A DNA stretch of 62,406 nt, filler included, from Vannella sp. (taxonomy: Eukaryota): NCBI GenBank assembly GCA_023345925.1. It is 8 parts of 8 records of this genome, joined end to end, with 100 filler letters (N's around TTAATTAATTAA, not from the genome) between each part and the next. Parts side by side here need not be neighbours in the genome. Positions count along the whole stretch, not along the records: positions 55,918 to 62,406 come from JAJQQN010000346.1; 7 more parts are not named here. One strand, 5' to 3'. Below are positions 58,405-62,406 of this stretch, in pieces. The notes beneath the pieces were generated by a model. That model was not told the DNA's origin. It saw only the letters and a program-made list of their open reading frames with translations, and made no database searches. Every line of letters begins with the position of its first letter. The first letter of the stretch is position 1. Position numbers and translations under genes: made by a program.

Positions 58405-60454
58405 ATGGCGGACAAGCTCTTTCACTGCCCATTCCCGCAGTGCCTCACGTGCATTCAGAAGGGTGAGACTGTTGCAAGAAGGAGGGAGTTGACTGATGGA
58501 TGAGAAGAACCGGCCAAGAAGCAGCCTCGCTTGCTAAGGAGAGCTCTGGCGGCTCTGCCCGAAGAGGACCCGGAGTTGCAGAAGATGTGGGCGTTCTCGT
58601 TATGTAGCGTGTTTGAGATGGCGGCTGAGAAGCCTCAGCACCACTTTGAGGCGATGACGAAGCAGTGGACGGAGTTGGGGCTGGCGGAAGCCGTTCTTGG
58701 CGTCCTTCGCCACGAGGACAACCTTTACGCTGCTCTGTTCTGCCTCAAGTTCCTTCGCTTGGCAGTTCGAAGTGAGTCTGCTTGTCATGTCACATCTGCG
58801 AGGGCGAAGCTCACTCGAAAGTCATCCAGGCGGGGTCTTCTGTCAAGTGTTCTTGGCTCTTCCAGCCTTTCCATTGATTGGTGAGGCCTATCTCAAATCA
58901 GAGAGGATCCTTTTGCGGATAGCTATGTGTGAGTTGATGGCTCAGGCTAGTCTTGGATTCGCAGAATTCTGTGCGGCAGTTTGGCAGCCAAAAGTGATTT
59001 CTTCCCTTCTGGAGGGGCTTTTTGTTGGCGCTGAAGTAATGAGAAAGGATCTGAAGGGAGATGGAGCGTGCATGCTGCCCTGGTGGGACCGCAGATGTTA
59101 TTCTTTAGAGAATGATGATTTGGATGAGTTTCGAGAGCAGTTTATTGAAGAGAATACTGGTCGTATGACATCCTTGGCTATGCTGTTGATATCTACTTCT
59201 CTCAAGATTCACTCTTTTACGTCTTCCAGTCTTCTACAGTTTGTGAAAAGCCTCCAAGGCAGCTTTGATCTCTTCATTGAACGATTGGCCATGGATTTGG
59301 TCCCCTGTGGACCGTCACTTTCTTCTTACTATGATCAACTGCACGGGCCCTTATCGTTCCTCATTCTCCTTCGGCCACTATCTCCTCTGATTGGAGATCC
59401 ATCAGAGGCGAAGGCTCACCAAGAGCTGTTGAAGCTGATTCTTCCTTATCTTCCTGTCATCCAATCTATGACGCACAAAGTGTTGCTCAGCACAATAGCT
59501 GATTGGAAATCGCTCTTCAACGAAGGAGGAGAGGAGGAGGAGGAGGAGGAGGAGGAGGAGACTATCCAGTTCTGCAGTATCCTGATTTGTTGTTTATTGA
59601 ATCTGCTCGAATTCTTGACCCGCTGGCCGGAGTATGAAGATGCCTTGGACGTCTCTGCTTTAGTACCTTCCCTTGAAGAGTTTTTTCCAGACTGGGTCTC
59701 CAGAAACCGTGCTTCTTTGGAAGGGACTGACCAAAGTGTATTTATGGAAGGGTTGATCCCGACTTTCGCATTCGGATACAGCAGCGATTCTGTGAAGCAG
59801 GAAGTGATCTATTTGCTACCTTGCATCAATTGTCTCAGTTTGGTTCTTTCCAGATTCTTCCGGAGGCATCGAAACGATCATCGGGAACGGACCCGCATTT
59901 TGAGTCACTGGTTGCTGGAGATGGAATCCCAGATTCGAGATGCTCGGTTCCTTTGCAAGAGACAGGGCGAGGTAGAAGCTATTGGCGATGTTTACAGTTC
60001 TGGTGCATCTGCTTTGCTAGAGGAGAGTATTCTCGTCTTGGAAACGCTCTCTCTTCCGGAAGAGGAAGCGTACAATCGAGTTGAAGCAATCAACCAAGAA
60101 AAGGCATTTTTCTCTGTTGAAGATGTCATCACTTGGCTTCAGCTCGCAGAAACTAGCTCCACAAACAGCAAAAGACCATTTCGCCTTATTTGTAAAGTTC
60201 TGATGAACCGCGCAGATTCTTTGCGTCCGTCAATGACCGAAAAGGTCGCCAGGAAACTGGGTAAGGCTAAAGCTCGTCTGCGGCATCAAGTTTGCTGCTT
60301 CTGTTTGAAGCCTTCCCTCAGCAACGCGAAGCTATTGCGCTGCGGGCGATGTCATGTGAATTTGTTTTGCAGCAAAGGTTGTCAGGCCAAGGATTGGCCC
60401 CAACACCGAACGAATTGCTTTCCCGCTCCTCCAGCTCTCCCAAAATCCTTGTGA
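58405..60454 (+). CDS. Helical protein with C-terminal MYND zinc finger; 5' exons approximate
   Basis: CCFC...CGRC...FCSKGCQAKDWPQHRTNC and a poly-Glu GAG tract at about 59522-59560. Confidence 0.8.
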
Positions 60455-60595
60455 AGCGATTTAAATGTAAAAAATCACAGAATCGAATAAAGACCGTGGT
60501 GGTGGTCAAACAGATTCAGTGTTCCGGACTTTTCTTTGGAGTTTTCCTTGACGTCTCTTTCGGGTAATTCAGATTTTTGGCCGCTCACTTTGGTC

Positions 60596-62406
60596 ATGAA
60601 GAGGGCGTTGCTGGTGGTGATGCTGATGATCACGTTGAGCCAGGCATCCTTTGAGGAGTGCTCTGGAAGGAGAAATCATTCCATTCGGGCAGCTTCTGGT
60701 GTGTTGGGCTGCGACTCGTATGCGGACTCTTCCTTCGTGGAATGGGACGTCTTAACACTTGTGGAGTCCGACTTTCTGTTCTCTTTCTTCTCAACGCAAC
60801 CAGGAGGAGACTTGCTGAAGGTCTATCGCGTGGAGGGCGACGAGAGCATATTGGAGGCTGTTCTCGAAGGATCCTCCCTTCCTTCTCCTCTCCAAGGCAC
60901 TCATTTTCGCTTCTCCTTCTCTTCAGACGAGTCCATCACCTCACGAGGCTTTCAATTGAGCTTCCATCCGTCTCTTCCTTCCTCCTCTTGCCTCAAGAAC
61001 GCCAAATTCTCGTTGGACAAGGAGCTTGCGTTCGGGTGCCACGAAACCACCAGTGGAGTCATTGTAGAGTGGTCCTATCACCAAGAAGAGAAAGCTTTCT
61101 TCGTTATCCCGCCTCTTCCTTTGGGGGTGGTGGTGGAGGTTGTCTCGCGCTCTTCTTGGCCTGTCTCCACGTTTAGAACACCTGCACCTCTGCTGCTGGC
61201 CGAGAAGGACGTCTTATTCCGTTACATTGCTTCTGAAAAGTCCTCTGATCTCCCTTGGCGCGTGACTATCGCTCCCATCGATGGTGGTGGCGTTCTACCC
61301 TACAATGCGTGCTTGTTTGACTACCAAGAGTTCACATTGGCCAAGAGCAACGGATCCTTTGGTTGCAGCCGATGCAGAGGAGATGTTGGACGCATTTGGA
61401 AGCTTTCCGGACCGTCCCTTCACGCGTTGTTCACGATTGAGTCTCTCAGCCTCTCTGAAACCCATTCCTTGACTATCCTCACGATAGACCCTGTCCTTGG
61501 GTACCGCATCACCCGAGTAAGTGCTTTCGTGGGAAGAATGTCCTTTCGAGGGAACTTCCAATTTCAGTTCTCTGGTGCATCTGAGCAGGAGACGGAGCAA
61601 GAGGTCGAAGAAAGGCACTTTGCCATCTCATATCAAACCTACTCTCCTGAGCTGTACGGAGAGTGTATCGATCCCTTTTCTTCGGAGCAGCTGTTCTCTT
61701 CCAGTGCTTCCGGGACCTTTGGATGCTCTTCTGTTGCTGCAAATATTCACCGTGGATGGACTATACAAACAGAGGAGTTGAGCCAGTTCAAAGTGGAGTT
61801 GGATATCAGCTCCTTTGACAAGCTGCAAGTCTTTCGGCTTCTTTCTGATCTTACTTATGAGTTGATAGATGGACTGGAGTTCAAGGGTAGTTCACTACGC
61901 ATTGCAGGGGAAGCATCACTGTACTTTTCCTTTGAATCTGGCCCCTCTCCTTCTGGAAAAGGGTTTCAAGTGACATTCCAACCATTCAGTCAGAGCTCTT
62001 ACTCTTTTTGCTACTCTGGTTTCCAAAGTCATATGCTGAACGGAATCTCTGGACAGTTCGGCTGCTTAGGGCACCAAAACAGGTCTCTTGTTACCTGGAG
62101 GAGGAATACCTCCGAACTGACTTTGTATTCGTTCTCCCCGTTTGAACTTCAGGGTCGGGATCTACTCCAGATCTTTCAGTATGAAAACCAAGCTGAGAAT
62201 CTCATTCGAAGCTTATCAGCAGTAACAGAGCCTTTCCATATGGAAGGAACGGACTTCATTTTCCGATTCAGCTCTTCTAATGACAGTTATTCCAACTTCC
62301 GGGTGAATTTCTCTTCTGTAGCCACTGAGGGCGTTCGTACTTTTGATAGCTCTGAAGTACAAATTGCTTCGAGCAGGGACCTGTTTGCACGTGGCCTGGC
62401 AGCTTC
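60596..62406 (+). CDS. Secreted protein with about 5 tandem CUB-like domains, open to window end (not in ORF track)
   Basis: ATG at 60596, MKRALLVVMLMITLSQA signal and no stop for more than 600 codons. Repeats of C..GxFGC..W with FSSDESITSRGFQLSF and FESGPSPSGKGFQVTF. Confidence 0.8.
   Translation, partial: MKRALLVVMLMITLSQASFEECSGRRNHSIRAASGVLGCDSYADSSFVEWDVLTLVESDFLFSFFSTQPGGDLLKVYRVEGDESILEAVLEGSSLPSPLQGTHFRFSFSSDESITSRGFQLSFHPSLPSSSCLKNAKFSLDKELAFGCHETTSGVIVEWSYHQEEKAFFVIPPLPLGVVVEVVSRSSWPVSTFRTPAPLLLAEKDVLFRYIASEKSSDLPWRVTIAPIDGGGVLPYNACLFDYQEFTLAKSNGSFGCSRCRGDVGRIWKLSGPSLHALFTIESLSLSETHSLTILTIDPVLGYRITRVSAFVGRMSFRGNFQFQFSGASEQETEQEVEERHFAISYQTYSPELYGECIDPFSSEQLFSSSASGTFGCSSVAANIHRGWTIQTEELSQFKVELDISSFDKLQVFRLLSDLTYELIDGLEFKGSSLRIAGEASLYFSFESGPSPSGKGFQVTFQPFSQSSYSFCYSGFQSHMLNGISGQFGCLGHQNRSLVTWRRNTSELTLYSFSPFELQGRDLLQIFQYENQAENLIRSLSAVTEPFHMEGTDFIFRFSSSNDSYSNFRVNFSSVATEGVRTFDSSEVQIASSRDLFARGLAA

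Noticed and set aside
1..62406. tRNA, rRNA, transposase or viral genes
   Set aside because: None recognised. GTTCGA matches lie in coding DNA or lack a cloverleaf, though a tRNAscan/Rfam run is needed to exclude small RNAs.

Overview
This is eukaryotic nuclear DNA from a compact-genome protist. SH2-bearing TKL kinase architecture and a tandem coronin suggest an amoebozoan, though that is inference. The window is not contiguous: it is eight contigs joined by seven artificial 100-bp N44-TTAATTAATTAA-N44 linkers, so adjacency across linkers means nothing. Genes are tightly packed, use the standard code and carry short (~45-65 nt) GT-AG introns, so the ORF track fragments most of them. About 36 genes were reconstructed by hand, including P450, GST, GH32, coronin-7, a DEAH helicase, spatacsin, GH130, complex III core protein, TTC39, MFS, PPOX, an ELAV-like protein, ATG13, AFG2B, GT61, CPSF6, ELF1, PEMT and an NDUFA4-like protein. 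The best hidden feature is absent from the ORF track: a three-exon SelW/Rdx-type selenoprotein gene (6830-7173, minus strand). Its CxxU motif is assembled across an intron, it has an in-frame TGA, and a textbook SECIS element lies in its 3' UTR. Other highlights are a five-repeat CUB-like secreted protein also missed by the track, a mucin-stalk single-pass protein with a GPS autoproteolysis motif, an SH2-coupled pseudokinase, an ArfGAP lacking its arginine finger, a bacterial-type secreted protein (HGT candidate) and an intron with long terminal complementarity. Exon boundaries and family calls come from manual reading; no searches were run.
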